A stretch of 63,772 nucleotides of DNA, counting the filler, from Octopus bimaculoides (taxonomy: Eukaryota), in the NCBI RefSeq assembly GCF_001194135.2. It is 5 parts of 4 records of this genome, joined end to end, with 100 filler letters (N's around TTAATTAATTAA, not from the genome) between each part and the next. Parts side by side here need not be neighbours in the genome. Positions count along the whole stretch, not along the records: positions 1 to 13,580 come from NC_068985.1; 4 more parts are not named here. One strand, 5' to 3'. Below are positions 1 through 13,624 of the stretch, piece after piece (within the stretch, counting starts at the first letter, position 1; each line of letters begins with the position of its first letter). Below the pieces are notes generated by a model that was given only the letters and a program-made list of their open reading frames with translations, had not been told where the DNA came from and did no database searches. Made by a program: the position numbers and the translations under genes.

Positions 1-35
<35 letters not shown>

Positions 36-468
36 CTATGTATGTATTTGGGTTCATCTAATCCCTTAAACCATTTATATATATATATATATATAGGGTG
101 CAGATGTATAGAGCTAGCTATCTCAAGATCAGTTGCTGGTAGACTGGTGTTGAAATCGTGGCCGGCTGTTTCATTGTGAGGCAATAGATGTGGGCTACCA
201 AGGGACATTCATTCTGCGAAATTCTGGCTAGCGCAGTAAAATGGAGGGCTATAAATTTCACCTTTGAAACTGCTGGAAAGCTACCGTGTGGCTTTGGAAA
301 AAGTCTGCAGACGCCAGCTGTTTCCTGCTACTTGATTAATCGTGGCTGTAGCTATAGGTGAGTGGTCTGGTGTTGAAAAACTCGAAACACTCTTAGATTC
401 AAAAATCACTGCTGTTACATCTCAGAGCATGAGTGAAATATATCGTAAAGTTTAACTACAGATCTATA

Positions 469-659
469 CGAGGGGTGTGCTGAAAGGTTCTTGGCTTTGG
501 GTAAAAGAAAATACAGGAGGATCAGTTAATTATGACTTTATTCAACATATTCTCCTCTCAGATTCACACACTTATTGCAGCACATTCCTTCAGTGTTTTT
601 AAGCCCTGCAAACGAACTCGGTAATTTGGGTTTCTAACCAGGCCTTCTGTGACACTTTT
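469..659 (-). mobile_element. Mariner-derived element/MITE end (runs into gap); carries the 3' end of a mariner transposase
   Basis: TA at 467-468 followed by TIR CGAGGGGTGTGCTGAAAGGTTCTTGG. The minus strand reads ..NKCVNLRGEYVE* (mariner C-terminal K-C-x-x-x-x-G-x-Y-V-E motif). Near-identical to the complete MITE at 15023-15238. Confidence 0.85.
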
Positions 660-1175
660 NNNNNNNNNNNNNNNNNNNNNNNNNNNNNNNNNNNNNNNNN
701 NNNNNNNNNNNNNNNNNNNNNNNNNNNNNNNNNNNNNNNNNNNNNNNNNNNNNNNNNNNNNNNNNNNNNNNNNNNNNNNNNNNNNNNNNNNNNNNNNNNN
801 NNNNNNNNNNNNNNNNNNNNNNNNNNNNNNNNNNNNNNNNNNNNNNNNNNNNNNNNNNNNNNNNNNNNNNNNNNNNNNNNNNNNNNNNNNNNNNNNNNNN
901 NNNNNNNNNNNNNNNNNNNNNNNNNNNNNNNNNNNNNNNNNNNNNNNNNNNNNNNNNNNNNNNNNNNNNNNNNNNNNNNNNNNNNNNNNNNNNNNNNNNN
1001 NNNNNNNNNNNNNNNNNNNNNNNNNNNNNNNNNNNNNNNNNNNNNNNNNNNNNNNNNNNNNNNNNNNNNNNNNNNNNNNNNNNNNNNNNNNNNNNNNNNN
1101 NNNNNNNNNNNNNNNNNNNNNNNNNNNNNNNNNNNNNNNNNNNNNNNNNNNNNNNNNNNNNNNNNNNNNNNNNNN

Positions 1176-1209
<34 letters not shown>

Positions 1210-2110
1210 CACAACACGTTAATAGACATACATTGTTATATTGATATTAATTTGTCGAATTATAAAAACAATTTTACACTAAAAGTTACTGTCACCTTCC
1301 TTATAAATATATTTCTATGCCAGTATTTGATAAGAAATTATGGCCTATGGTTTGGCTCACATTCATAATATCTTTGTTTCAATTTCTGGAACGGGTACTG
1401 GGATTATCCTTGAGCAAGCCACTCCATTTCCCATTTCCCAAAACTAAGTGATAGCCGATTGTTGGTGCAGTTTTCTTTCCCTTCTGCTGTCGTATCCTGG
1501 ATATGCCTCTAGGTCAAAATGTGGGAGAGTCGAAAATACATTTATGGCTGCCCTCGATTAAAATAATCACCTAAAACAATTAGCGAATCTATACTATATG
1601 GTACCATACCATACCCGTTCACAGGTAACAGTTGGTTCATTAACCTATAACAAGTATGTTATAATCTAAATGTTTATCCCCTTATAATCCCCGAAATTGT
1701 AGACGTATGGCTACAATCATTCCATCTTACTCCCCTAATTGTATATTTTTTTCTGTCATAATTTATCAAGGGAACACTTGTACCTTTATTTTCCCATTCC
1801 CATGGAAAGATTTGGCTGCTATTTTATCATTGATACGGTGCACATGTACTGCGTATCTAGGTCCCTCTCTGTGTGTATATCTAAATGATATTAGATGGAT
1901 AATTTCTAAAACCTAAGTATGAAAAACTGAATAAAAGTATTTGAAAGTATCGTTATGTTTATTTGTTAATAGGCTAGGAGGAGATATATTACACTTGCAT
2001 TAATACCACCAGGTATCAATATGTAATATCTATATATACTTAATATGCACACATACGCATACACACAGATACGCCAACAGATCAGACACATACGCATACA
2101 CGTATATGTA

Positions 2111-2164
<54 letters not shown>

Positions 2165-3100
2165 GTATATATGTATATATACATATGCATATACAACTTT
2201 ATATATGCATACACATATATATGTATATGTACACACACATATACTCATATATAAGTATGTATATATATATGTATATATATANNNNNNNNNNNNNNNNNNN
2301 NNNNNNNNNNNNNNNNNNNNNNNNNNNNNNNNNNNNNNNNNNNNNNNNNNNNNNNNNNNNNNNNNNNNNNNNNNNNNNNNNNNNNNNNNNNNNNNNNNNN
2401 NNNNNNNNNNNNNNNNNNNNNNNNNNNNNNNNNNNNNNNNNNNNNNNNNNNNNNNNNNNNNNNNNNNNNNNNNNNNNNNNNNNNNNNNNNNNNNNNNNNN
2501 NNNNNNNNNNNNNNNNNNNNNNNNNNNNNNNNNNNNNNNNNNNNNNNNNNNNNNNNNNNNNNNNNNNNNNNNNNNNNNNNNNNNNNNNNNNNNNNNNNNN
2601 NNNNNNNNNNNNNNNNNNNNNNNNNNNNNNNNNNNNNNNNNNNNNNNNNNNNNNNNNNNNNNNNNNNNNNNNNNNNNNNNNNNNNNNNNNNNNNNNNNNN
2701 NNNNNNNNNNNNNNNNNNNNNNNNNNNNNNNNNNNNNNNNNNNNNNNNNNNNNNNNNNNNNNNNNNNNNNNNNNNNNNNNNNNNNNNNNNNNNNNNNNNN
2801 NNNNNNNNNNNNNNNNNNNNNNNNNNNNNNNNNNNNNNNNNNNNNNNNNNNNNNNNNNNNNNNNNNNNNNNNNNNNNNNNNNNNNNNNNNNNNNNNNNNN
2901 NNNNNNNNNNNNNNNNNNNNNNNNNNNNNNNNNNNNNNNNNNNNNNNNNNNNNNNNNNNNNNNNNNNNNNNNNNNNNNNNNNNNNNNNNNNNNNNNNNNN
3001 NNNNNNNNNNNNNNNNNNNNNNNNNNNNNNNNNNNNNNNNNNNNNNNATATATATTATACACACACATATAGATACACATGTCTGCGTTAACTTATAGCA

Positions 3101-3200
3101 AAGGCGGTAGAAACTTGGGACGAAAGGCCTTGCGGTATTTATTTCAGCTCCTTGACATGAGTTCAAATTCCGTTGAGGGCAACGTTGCATTTCATCCTTT
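3101..3200 (+). mobile_element. tRNA-derived SINE family B, degraded 5' part
   Basis: Similarity to the family B head (GAGTTCAAATTCCG..GAGG B-box region, TTGCATTTCATCCTTTC). Confidence 0.7.
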
Positions 3201-4796
3201 CATAATAATGAAACACCAATCTGCGAAGCTTGAGGGTTATTGTTTTGGGTCTGTGTATTCTGAGTTTAATTCCTCTTCTGGGCATCTTTGGAGAAAACCC
3301 AACCACTCACCCGGTTTAACACCACGATCTGGCACAGGTACCAGTATTGCAATAGGACCATGTTTTCGGCTTGAGAGTATCTTACTCACTTTCTTACATC
3401 TATGTTAGTAAACCCGAAAAGGAGACATTGGCACCTTTGACAATACTAGGTTGTAATGTATGCAGGTATGCCTAAAATACACATATGGACACATACGCAG
3501 ACACGCGCGCGCAAACACACACTCACACACACGTGTATATATATTTTAACAAACAAATGGCCATTGAAAAAGTGGTAATCGTATCGGTGACCCAGCATGG
3601 CCGTAGTCTTTGGGCTCAGCTGCATAAAAATAAAATAATAAAACAGAATATATATATATATATNNNNNNNNNNNNNNNNNNNNNNNNNNNNNNNNNNNNN
3701 NNNNNNNNNNNNNNNNNNNNNNNNNNNNNNNNNNNNNNNNNNNNNNNNNNNNNNNNNNNNNNNNNNNNNNNNNNNNNNNNNNNNNNNNNNNNNNNNNNNN
3801 NNNNNNNNNNNNNNNNNNNNNNNNNNNNNNNNNNNNNNNNNNNNNNNNNNNNNNNNNNNNNNNNNNNNNNNNNNNNNNNNNNNNNNNNNNNNNNNNNNNN
3901 NNNNNNNNNNNNNNNNNNNNNNNNNNNNNNNNNNNNNNNNNNNNNNNNNNNNNNNNNNNNNNNNNNNNNNNNNNNNNNNNNNNNNNNNNNNNNNNNNNNN
4001 NNNNNNNNNNNNNNNNNNNNNNNNNNNNNNNNNNNNNNNNNNNNNNNNNNNNNNNNNNNNNNNNNNNNNNNNNNNNNNNNNNNNNNNNNNNNNNNNNNNN
4101 NNNNNNNNNNNNNNNNNNNNNNNNNNNNNNNNNNNNNNNNNNNNNNNNNNNNNNNNNNNNNNNNNNNNNNNNNNNNNNNNNNNNNNNNNNNNNNNNNNNN
4201 NNNNNNNNNNNNNNNNNNNNNNNNNNNNNNNNNNNNNNNNNNNNNNNNNNNNNNNNNNNNNNNNNNNNNNNNNNNNNNNNNNNNNNNNNATATATGTATA
4301 TATGTGTGTGTTTGTGTATATATATATATATGTATATGTAAATACATACATGTATACATATATACATATATGTGTGTGTGTGTGTGCGCGCATGTGTGTA
4401 TGAATGTTGGTGGGTATGTAAGTTTGCGTGTGTCTGTATGTGCATATATGTGCATGGATATATGCAAATATATATATTATACCTGTGTGCATATATTACA
4501 TATATCTATGTTTGTTTGTGTGTGATGTGTGATCCCTTCCATTTCACAGTCATTTGTAACATTAATGTGGGTAGAAATAGAACAGTTTTGAATTAGAGAT
4601 GCTGCATCGTTACACCGAGGAAGCCCTCACAAAGACGAATAAAATTTACCTAAAAAGCGTCTACATAGTTTCCATCTACCTATGTTTATCAGAGGAGATG
4701 GTAAAGTCATTTGCCTGAGTTACCACACATTGAGATATAACCTGCTTCACTTATGGTTTTTAAGCAAATTTCCTAACTACTCAGCCTAGACAGCGT

Positions 4797-4874
<78 letters not shown>

Positions 4875-5325
4875 NNNNNNNNNNNNNNNNNNNNNNNNNN
4901 NNNNNNNNNNNNNNNNNNNNNNNNNNNNNNNNNNNNNNNNNNNNNNNNNNNNNNNNNNNNNNNNNNNNNNNNNNNNNNNNNNNNNNNNNNNNNNNNNNNN
5001 NNNNNNNNNNNNNNNNNNNNNNNNNNNNNNNNNNNNNNNNNNNNNNNNNNNNNNNNNNNNNNNNNNNNNNNNNNNNNNNNNNNNNNNNNNNNNNNNNNNN
5101 NNNNNNNNNNNNNNNNNNNNNNNNNNNNNNNNNNNNNNNNNNNNNNNNNNNNNNNNNNNNNNNNNNNNNNNNNNNNNNNNNNNNNNNNNNNNNNNNNNNN
5201 NNNNNNNNNNNNNNNNNNNNNNNNNNNNNNNNNNNNNNNNNNNNNNNNNNNNNNNNNNNNNNNNNNNNNNNNNNNNNNNNNNNNNNNNNNNNNNNNNNNN
5301 NNNNNNNNNNNNNNNNNNNNNNNNN

Positions 5326-5369
<44 letters not shown>

Positions 5370-5459
5370 TGTGCGCGTGCATGTCTTTGGTGGAAGTGTA
5401 AGGTCAGTGCCTATGACAATACTTTAGAATCTTTGAGATTGGTCGAAAGAGGGAGGTAT

Positions 5460-5775
5460 TCAAGGATCTGTCTTAAAAGTTTGCATTAGTGTGTTTCTGC
5501 TAAGGGCTCCCAAAGTACAGGCAGTGGTTTTAAACTGGAAGCTGTGTATTGTCTCATCCAAGAGCACGAATATTCCCTTCATCACAACAGAACTTTTGCT
5601 CCTCGCGGATATTTGAACTTTTTGAAGTGTGTAGTGGTTTTGAAACCGAAATACGTAGTTGCCAAGCAAGCTTGTAAACCGCATGGACATGCTTTCTCCG
5701 TCGCAAGTGTACCAGACTAATAAAGTAGATTTTATTGTTGTTCTGTTTGAACATTTCAGTAGTTGATTGTCTGTC
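5460..5775 (-). other. Unidentified open reading stretch (candidate exon or decayed TE ORF)
   Basis: About 105 open codons of non-repetitive sequence behind a pyrimidine-rich acceptor (TTTTTTATCTGACAG). A second frame is also open for about 73 codons. No homology recognised. Confidence 0.25.
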
Positions 5776-6624
5776 AGATAAAAAATGGGGGTGCATAGGT
5801 ATTCCTGAAAGTTGAAATTCTTGGAGGACAGCATTGCTTACTTGCGAATAGCTAAAGAACCTTCTCTAATAAGTCTAATATTCCGTGAAGAAATTAGTTA
5901 CCCTTATCAAAAACCATATCTAATATAAGCCAATGAAAGGATCTCTACATGATTATCAAATCAAGTTTCGCTCCGCTATCTTGGAAATTCAATGCCACAT
6001 TAATAAGTATAGGTGTAGCTGTATACAAGCAGGAGGGCCCTGAGGAAAAAAAGTCTTTGATTATTAATCTACTTCGTCGCCCAGGCTTTATCTGGAGCTA
6101 AGCAACACCAAAAATAACCGCAACAGCAACAACAACATCAACGGGATGACGTCAAACGTCTGAGGAATTTTTTGTTAAAACATCTGAGTAAACAGAGAAG
6201 ACAATGAGCTATTGCATCTGAAGATGGTTAGCTACAATGAAACCGAGGAATGTCTAGGTGTGGGCTTGTACATTCTGGACATACTTAGAACCAATATCGA
6301 CTCCTTAGATGTAGAGCGCAACTGTGATATCAACTGGGCAATCGGCAGTCGTATAAATAACCACGATTATGCAAAATTTAGATAGATACTAATTGAAGGT
6401 TTAAGAAACGTAATTTAGAATTTGAGCAGAATTATACTGAAGAACTATTAGTTATCTTTGAAACATATAGTTTGACGTGTAATGGCAAACTTTTAGGGCA
6501 GGGATAAAGTAAATTCAATAGAATTCAGTATATTTCTGATAATTTTTTATCAACTACATAAGGATGGAAGACCAAGCCAGACGCATTGAAATTTCGATTT
6601 AGACGTAATGAATAAATGACACCG

Positions 6625-6940
6625 GTACTCCGTCGGTTACGACGATGAGTGTTCCAGTTGATCAGATCAACGAAACAACCTGCTCGTAAAATTAACGTGC
6701 AAGTGGCTGAGCATTCCACAGACACGCGCACCCTCAACATAGTTCGCAGGGAGATTCAGCATGACACAGGATGTGACAAGGATGGCCCCTTAAAATACAT
6801 GTACTACTCATTTTGCCAGCTGAGTAAACTGGAACAACGTGAAATAAAGTGTCTTGCACAAGGACACAACGCGCCGCCGGAAATCGAACTCACGAGCTTA
6901 CGATCGTGAGTTGTATCTCCTAACCACTAAGTCATGTGCC
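6625..6940 (-). mobile_element. tRNA-derived SINE, head H2 + tail T1
   Basis: Minus strand has an A-box-like TGACTTAGTGG and B-box GAGTTCGATTTCC, the core TTCACGTTGTTCCAGTTTACTCAGCTGGCAAAAATGAGT, and a tail ending GTCGTAACCGACGGAGT. Matches 10401-10720, 35974-36293 and 52263-52480. Confidence 0.9.
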
Positions 6941-8446
6941 TTCACTAAATAAATAAATGACGCAAGACATGGTATCAATTAAATCTGGAATTCTTCCATT
7001 TCTTCTCACTACAATTATTATGTTTATTGACTTGCTATATATAACAACCATTTCTTCGAATAATACTCTACAGATGGAAAAAGAAGAATACTCGGACAAA
7101 GTTGACGTAAGTCTCCCCCTAAAAAAAAAAACCCCGAATAGCCATGGCTGAAATAAGTTTGACTATAGGTCGGTTCAGTTACAGTCGATCTAGGCCTAAT
7201 AACAAACATATCAGCAACAATAGCAGCAGGATCATCAATGGGTTGGAGCCAATAATGGAAGTACAAGGAGGAACTCAATCTAATATAGTGTCCAAATCTA
7301 TCTCTAATCACATTGTATTGCCTAAAACCTCAAAAAACAAACAAAAAAAAAGGGAGTATGCATTTGAAAACGCATTCCTAGATAAACTACAGCTGAATAA
7401 AACATTGAATAATCACGATTGGAAGACTTTTGAGCATATGTATGTTAAAATATGCATGATCTGGGGGTTAAATAACATATATTAATACTACTCTGTGGAA
7501 ATAGAACTTCCAACAGCTCAGAATTATGTCTGATAAAAAAAAAACTATTTCTCTATAAACTACAAATGCCCAAGACCGTCAACAAAACAATGGCAGGAAA
7601 TGAACTGTAGTCATACAGCCACGTTTGCTAATCTGATTGGTAAAACTTGTGGGGTTAACTGTACACTTGAAGATAAATAAAGCCCACATCTAGATGCTGC
7701 TACGGCAACACCAGAACCTGTCAAGTACCCTACAGACATTAGTATGAACATCCAGTCTGGAATACATAAATATAAATAAACATTTAAAAACAGATGTACA
7801 CAGCATACTCATTCCTTCTGGAGCAGATGTAAATGAAATACATGAGTTTTCCAATACATCTGAATTTTACAGAAGTACGGTATTGATGACACATTATTAA
7901 AATATGCTGACTTATATTTTCACCCGTGCGGTATTAAAGACACATTATTAGAATATCCTGGTTTATATCTCCACTCGCTGTTCCTTATAGGAACTAGAGT
8001 AAAGGAAATATTGTTATCAGGACAGAAGTACAGATAGTGGAGCCTTTCGATATATTTTATAAAAATCAAGCATTTTTATCAAAATGTCGATACCAAAATA
8101 AACACTTCTAAATAATATTTTCCAGAATTAGAAGTTCCTGTCCCAACACAAAAGTGTAATTAAAATCGCAGTAGTATAACAATACTTCCTGATTTTTTGG
8201 TAGCTTGATTAGTTGCAAGTACTTGGAATAACTAGAATTCATAAGAGGGAATAACATAGTATTTTAGCTACATTGCAGTTTCTTTCTCATTGTACTGTTA
8301 CTTTCAGTGAGTAGAATTGGAAATATTTGTAAGTAGAGAGAAGATACCAGCTAAAACAAGTACTCGGCGCTGTGGGTAATATCTATAGAGGGGCTGCTAT
8401 ACTAGTATGTAGTTCTCTATCCTATGGCTGGTGCTCATAGGTATAT

Positions 8447-8742
8447 GGCGCATGGCTCAGTGGTTAGAACGTCGAACTTACGATCGTGAGGTTGTGGATT
8501 GCGTGTTGTGTTCACGTTACTCCAGTTCACTCAGCTGTAGAAATGAGTTGCCACGTCTCAGATGCCAAGCTGTATCGGCCCCTTTGCCTTTCCCTTGGGT
8601 AACACTGGTGGCGTGAAGAGGGGAGCCCGGTATGCATGGGCGACTGCTGGTCTTCCATAAACAACCTTGACCGGACTTGTGCCTCGGCGGGTAACTTTCT
8701 AGGTGCAATCCCATGGTCAGTCATGATCGAAGGGAGTCTCAG
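8447..8742 (+). mobile_element. tRNA-derived SINE, head H2 + tail T3
   Basis: A box TGGCTCAGTGG and the H2 core TTCACGTTACTCCAGTTCACTCAGCTGTAGAAATGAGT, followed by a tail unrelated to T1. Confidence 0.8.
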
Positions 8743-9166
8743 CATAGGTATGGACCCGAGGTACTTATAAAGATCGAAGTAGGGCCTCTTACAACCAAAT
8801 CAAATGAAAACTAAATGAAAAATTGTGTCAAACTAATACATGTGACCAGCGAAAGGACAAATGAGATTAATTTAGGAAGTAGACAGCAATTTTCACAATA
8901 ATATCCTTGATATAAGTTCTACAGAGTGGTATTCATTCAACATTAGTAAAGACGGCGCGAAGAAGCAGCTGCGGCCAAACGATTAAATGAATTCTACTAA
9001 TTATATTGGAGATACTTTACGTTCGTGTATTCGTGCGTGCGCACGCACACACACACATATATATTCACACATTAATACACACATACACACATACATGCAC
9101 ACACACATAAATGCACACACACATGCATTCACACCCACACGCACACACACATACTTATATGTATAT

Positions 9167-9198
<32 letters not shown>

Positions 9199-9614
9199 CA
9201 CACACATACACACGCATATATATACAGAAAGGACAACTTGACTGTAGCTTGAATTTAAACGAGCGTTAACTTCGTCGAACTTTCTTAAATTGACTTTCTC
9301 TTGTAAAGATATGTGATGCTCTTAAATCTATTGACCAATCCGTAAAATGATGTTTGCTTTATTATACAACTAAAACAAACAAACTCTTACATACACGTAT
9401 AAATATATATCTATCTATTTAATTTATATACATCATTAAAAGGTATGATGTGGTTTCTGACTGAGAGATAATTTGCATAGTTAAGTACACAATAGACATC
9501 GATGCGAAAACATCATCCAAGTCGTAACTCAGAAGAACTCCAGGCTCGTTCCGATCTCCTTCGGCCTTGTCAATGACGCGTATTTGCTCTTCAGATGCCT
9601 AGCCATAATAATTC

Positions 9615-9669
9615 CCCTCCGATATATGAGCGGCAGTTTCGGCAATTTCCGTTGCCATCGTCAGTAAGG
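9615..9669 (-). ncRNA. Hammerhead ribozyme (type I, minimal), left copy, stem III degenerate
   Basis: Minus strand CCUUA-CUGACGA-U-GGCAA-CGGAAA-UUGCC-GAAAC, with a perfect 5-bp stem II between the two conserved core boxes. Confidence 0.7.
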
Positions 9670-10186
9670 CCAGCTCGTTCGGTTGATTCCAGACTAGCTC
9701 GCCTATTAGAGTATATATAGATTCACCATAAAAATTTATGGTTGATTTAGCAGATCGCTAATGTTTATACAAAAAATTAATAAAAAAAGTTGTTTGCAAT
9801 GTAAAGGAAAATTATAGTCGTCAACTAAACTTGACTAAGCGTGTGAATAACTCCTACATTGCTAGAAATAGGAGCTAAAATGCTCCAATGCTGCTTGGGG
9901 CTGCAATCGCTCCGAACACCGAACCGAGAGCACATTAGCGATTTGTTTATGTGCCTAGTAACATCATTGCAGCATTTGAGTTTCTATTTCTAGCAATGTA
10001 GGTGTTATTCACACACTTAGTCAAGTTTAGTTGGCGACTATAATTTTCCTTACAAGTATAACATTGCAAACAACTTAATTAATTATTGCATACACATTAG
10101 CGATCTGCTAAATCATCCACAGATCTTTATAGTGAATATATATACTCTGATAGACGAGATAGCCCGGAATCAGCCGAACGAGCTGG

Positions 10187-10238
10187 CTTTACTGACGATG
10201 GCTACGGAAATATCCGAAACTGACTGGTTAGTCGAAGG
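10187..10238 (+). ncRNA. Hammerhead ribozyme (type I, minimal), right copy, stem II degenerate
   Basis: CUUUA-CUGACGA (10192-10198)-stem II-GAAAC (10216-10220)-UGA CUGG UUA-GUC (10231-10233)-GAAGG. Stem III ACUGA/UUAGU closes, and stem I pairs except at position 1.1/2.1. Confidence 0.7.
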
Positions 10239-10338
10239 AATTCTCGGTTCGGTGTTCGGGGCGATTGCAGCCCCTATCAGAGTATATGTTATGTGCTTTG
10301 TAACAGCAACATTGGAATACTTTGGCTTCTATTTATAG

Positions 10339-10400
<62 letters not shown>

Positions 10401-10402
<2 letters not shown>

Positions 10403-10720
10403 AGCACTCCGTCGGTTGCGACGATGAGGGTCCCAGCTGATACGATCAACGGAACAGCCTGCTTGTGAAATTAACGTGCAGGTAGCTGAGCATTCCACAG
10501 ACACGTGTACCCTTAATGGTGTTCTCAGGGAGATTCAGCGTGACACAGAGTGTGACAAGGCCGGCCCTTTGAAATACAAGTACTATTCATTTTTGCTAGC
10601 TGAGTGGACTGGAGCAACGTGAAATAAAGTGTCTTGCTCAAGGACACAAAACGTCACCGGGAATTAAACACACGGCCTTACGATCGTGTGCGGAATGCCC
10701 CTAACCATTAAGCCACACGC
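10401..10720 (-). mobile_element. tRNA-derived SINE, head H2 + tail T1
   Basis: Full-length match to 6625-6940 and 35974-36293, followed on the minus strand by a (TA)n tract. Confidence 0.9.
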
Positions 10721-11359
10721 CTTCACACACACACACGCACATATACATACATACATGCATACATGCATACACACGCATATACATGTGTGTGCGCGTGTAA
10801 ATTTTTACCCCATCTTCATTACAGCCAAGCAATGGGGTCGATGTAATCAACAAGCCTCCTCCCTCATGATTTTAAGCCTTATGCCTAAAGTAAAAGGAAT
10901 TATAAACATGAAAGCAAAATAACATTTTTCGTTATATTCTTGTTCTTTCTTTGTCTGACTAGAAGTTTAAAAGCATCTTCATTTTATGAAATACTCTTAT
11001 ATGTCGGTTGCGTTTCGTTCATCAAAAGGGACGACGGCCTACGCTGTTCTACGTGGTCACTTAACTTTGTGAGAAAAAACAACCAAATTGTCCTCATATC
11101 ACACCTCATAGTGTAAAACGTCGGAAGAACTAATTTGACAAAAATTATATAAATAGAAATACGAAGTGGTGGTCATGGCTGAAATAGGATTTACTGTAGG
11201 TTTCCTTAATCAAGAAAGTGATTAATCAGCAGTATCCAAAGCCGTTTGAACAACAATTTCTACCTTTTATACAGCAACTTCTACCTCTGCCACCACAAAT
11301 ACTCTCACCTATACATCAGACACATTTAATACTGTCATAATTTTCAATATTACCCACAT

Positions 11360-11765
11360 CAGCAACACCAGCAGCAGCAGCAGCAGCAGTACAGCTACCA
11401 TCATCACACACCATCACCGCCACACACACACACACACACACCACCACTGCTACCATACACACACACCACCACCACTCACACTACCACCACTAATACCACC
11501 TTCACCACCGCCACCACCGCACACACACTCACCACCACCACCAGACATACACACATACCACAGACACACACTCACCTCCACCACCACCAGTACCACCACG
11601 ACCACAACCACGACCACGACCACCAGTACCACGACCACCACGACCACCACAACCACGATGACGACGACGACGACGACGACGACCACCACCACCAACAACA
11701 ACAACATCAGCAACAACAACCGCCGCACAACAACAACAACTACAACAGCAGCAGCAACAACAAAA
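11360..11765. repeat. Compound trinucleotide low-complexity tract (CAG/CAC/GAC/CAA)
   Basis: Successive runs of CAG, CAC, CA, GAC and CAA units. Confidence 0.95.
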
Positions 11766-13624
11766 CAGCTTCAATGAACGTAGTACCTTGAGAATTACTT
11801 GGCCCCTGAATGCTGTTACTGCAGCTTCCCCTCGAATTACCATTCGCACAATTTGTGACACAAACTCCCCACTCACAAATATCTTGTTATTACTTAGCCC
11901 GCTTCCAGCTAGCAGTCAGTCAGCCATTAGCGAATATATTTGTCATCAAAGACGCCGTATTCGTGACCATCCTATCATTTTTGTTTTGTTTTGTGTGTGC
12001 TCATTGTTCATCCAGGAGCACACTAGCCAATGTTCTTCCTCTTCACTAAGATGGTAGGGTGTAGTTTAAGGAAAATTTCGCTATTTTCTGCAGGTTGAGT
12101 GACCGCACAGAAAGTTTCTCAATGACTCAACAATAAAATGTGTTTTTTTTTCTATTGGTACAAAGAACAATTTTTGTTAGAGTGTTTGTCAGCTGTTCTC
12201 AAACATTGCTGTGAAAAGGTAACTAGGTGCGTCGACGATTTTAGAAATATGACATGAGACAACTATGATATATATAACAAAAGAAATCTATTTCTTGAGG
12301 ATTTTGAAACACGTTGTCATTCATAATTTTCATATACATACAGGTGTGGCAGAGAGTTTAAGAAGTATGCTTCTCAACCATGAAGTCTCGTGTACGGTCA
12401 TTAATGCGTGGCTTCATTGGATGCACTGTAGTTTAAATTCGGAGTTCGTTTTGTTACATATATTAACCTTGAGTCTACTTGACATCCGTGATAAGTGTGC
12501 CGATGTTTGTGGACTGTTTAACTACTTCGCACAATAATTCAATGATAAAGTCTTCTAGCTCATAGAACAAGAGGATGCTCATCAACAAGAAAGTCTATTA
12601 TTGCAGATATGATTATAAAAACAAGGTAAGCAATAACTTATGTATATACATATATATATATATGTATATATATTATTTGTGTGTGTTTGTGTATGTGTTT
12701 GTGTGTGTGTTTGTGTGTATGTTCACGTGAGGATGTGACGCGCATAGAAAATTGTATCGTTTTGTTCCATTATGTCTTTATCGTATCTTAGAATTTTTGA
12801 AAAGGAATTTTAGCTCGAAATGTTAGGAACATTTGATTATTCCTAAGTTAACATTTCAAAACGTTTATTATTGTTATTTATTATATTTGATATTCTATCT
12901 ACATTACTATTTCTATCTATAAAAACCTTGTTCATTTTTATTTTATTTAACTCTTTATGCGAATCACGATAATAATGTTTTATTTGTACGCCAAGAAGTA
13001 AACAATTATTTAGAACCTCTGATCTCGTCAAATGAATTTGTACTGTATAGAACAAACTAATTTTTACCTTGGCGAGATGATTGTCTGAAAAAAAAAAGCT
13101 TGTAAATAGCGCATGACAATTTCTCATGAACAGTTGTTCTTAATTAAAATGAGTCATAAACAGCAATTCTGTTAGTAAAAATTTAAAATAACCGATGTGA
13201 ACCAAATATCTCTCATTCGATGACTAAGTGTCTTATAGTTTGCGCAATTATAAGTTTACAAATTTCCTGTTTCACATTAAGATTAGGTTCAAAGGCTTAT
13301 CTGATTATCTGCGGCAAATTACCCGGATAGAGTTCACGATTATGATATATGTCTGTTTGCCTCAGCGACTTAGTACACGGAGATAGGATATTTTAACGAT
13401 TGCCTAATATAGCATGATATCCTATCTAGGTCTGAAGATCAGATTAAATTTAATTCTAAGAATATGAATAAATTATAAAAATTATAAATTTCTCTCAGCT
13501 TGAAACATAGTCGTATAACAAACAATAAACCCCAAACATATAGATGCATATATGGTGTGTGTATATATATATATATATATNNNNNNNNNNNNNNNNNNNN
13601 NNNNNNNNNNNNNNNNNNNNNNNN

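Larger units (their letters stand above)
9610..10335. mobile_element. Penelope-like element remnant: head-to-head inverted copies with partial tandem terminal repeat
   Basis: Arms 9610-9871 and 9984-10242 are inverted homologues. The spacer segment 9872-9929 is an inverted match to 10243-10335. Each arm contains a hammerhead core. Confidence 0.7.

Noticed and set aside
188-357. 57-codon plus ORF ending at TAG|GTGAGT
   Set aside because: No recognisable homology, and internal repeated motifs (CTGGTGTTGAAA x2) suggest a TE relic.
564-5382. Long ORF-track entries such as YIYIYI, HTHTHT and CVCVCV spanning X runs (and the many similar ones throughout the window)
   Set aside because: They are translations of (TA)n/(CA)n microsatellites and N gaps, not genes.
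6215-6250. CTGAAGA-TGGTT..AACC-GAGG hammerhead-like motif (similar weak motif at 21832-21856)
   Set aside because: The GAAA box or stem II is missing and stems I/III cannot be formed. Too degenerate to call.
11450-11876. Poly-Val/Cys/Gly ORFs
   Set aside because: Compound trinucleotide low-complexity DNA.
12181-12625. Two plus-strand mini-exon candidates (12181-12218 and 12559-12625) with good GT-AG signals
   Set aside because: The phase-compatible join hits a stop after 17 codons upstream of a further donor, and no homology was recognised. Chance splice-like motifs are common.
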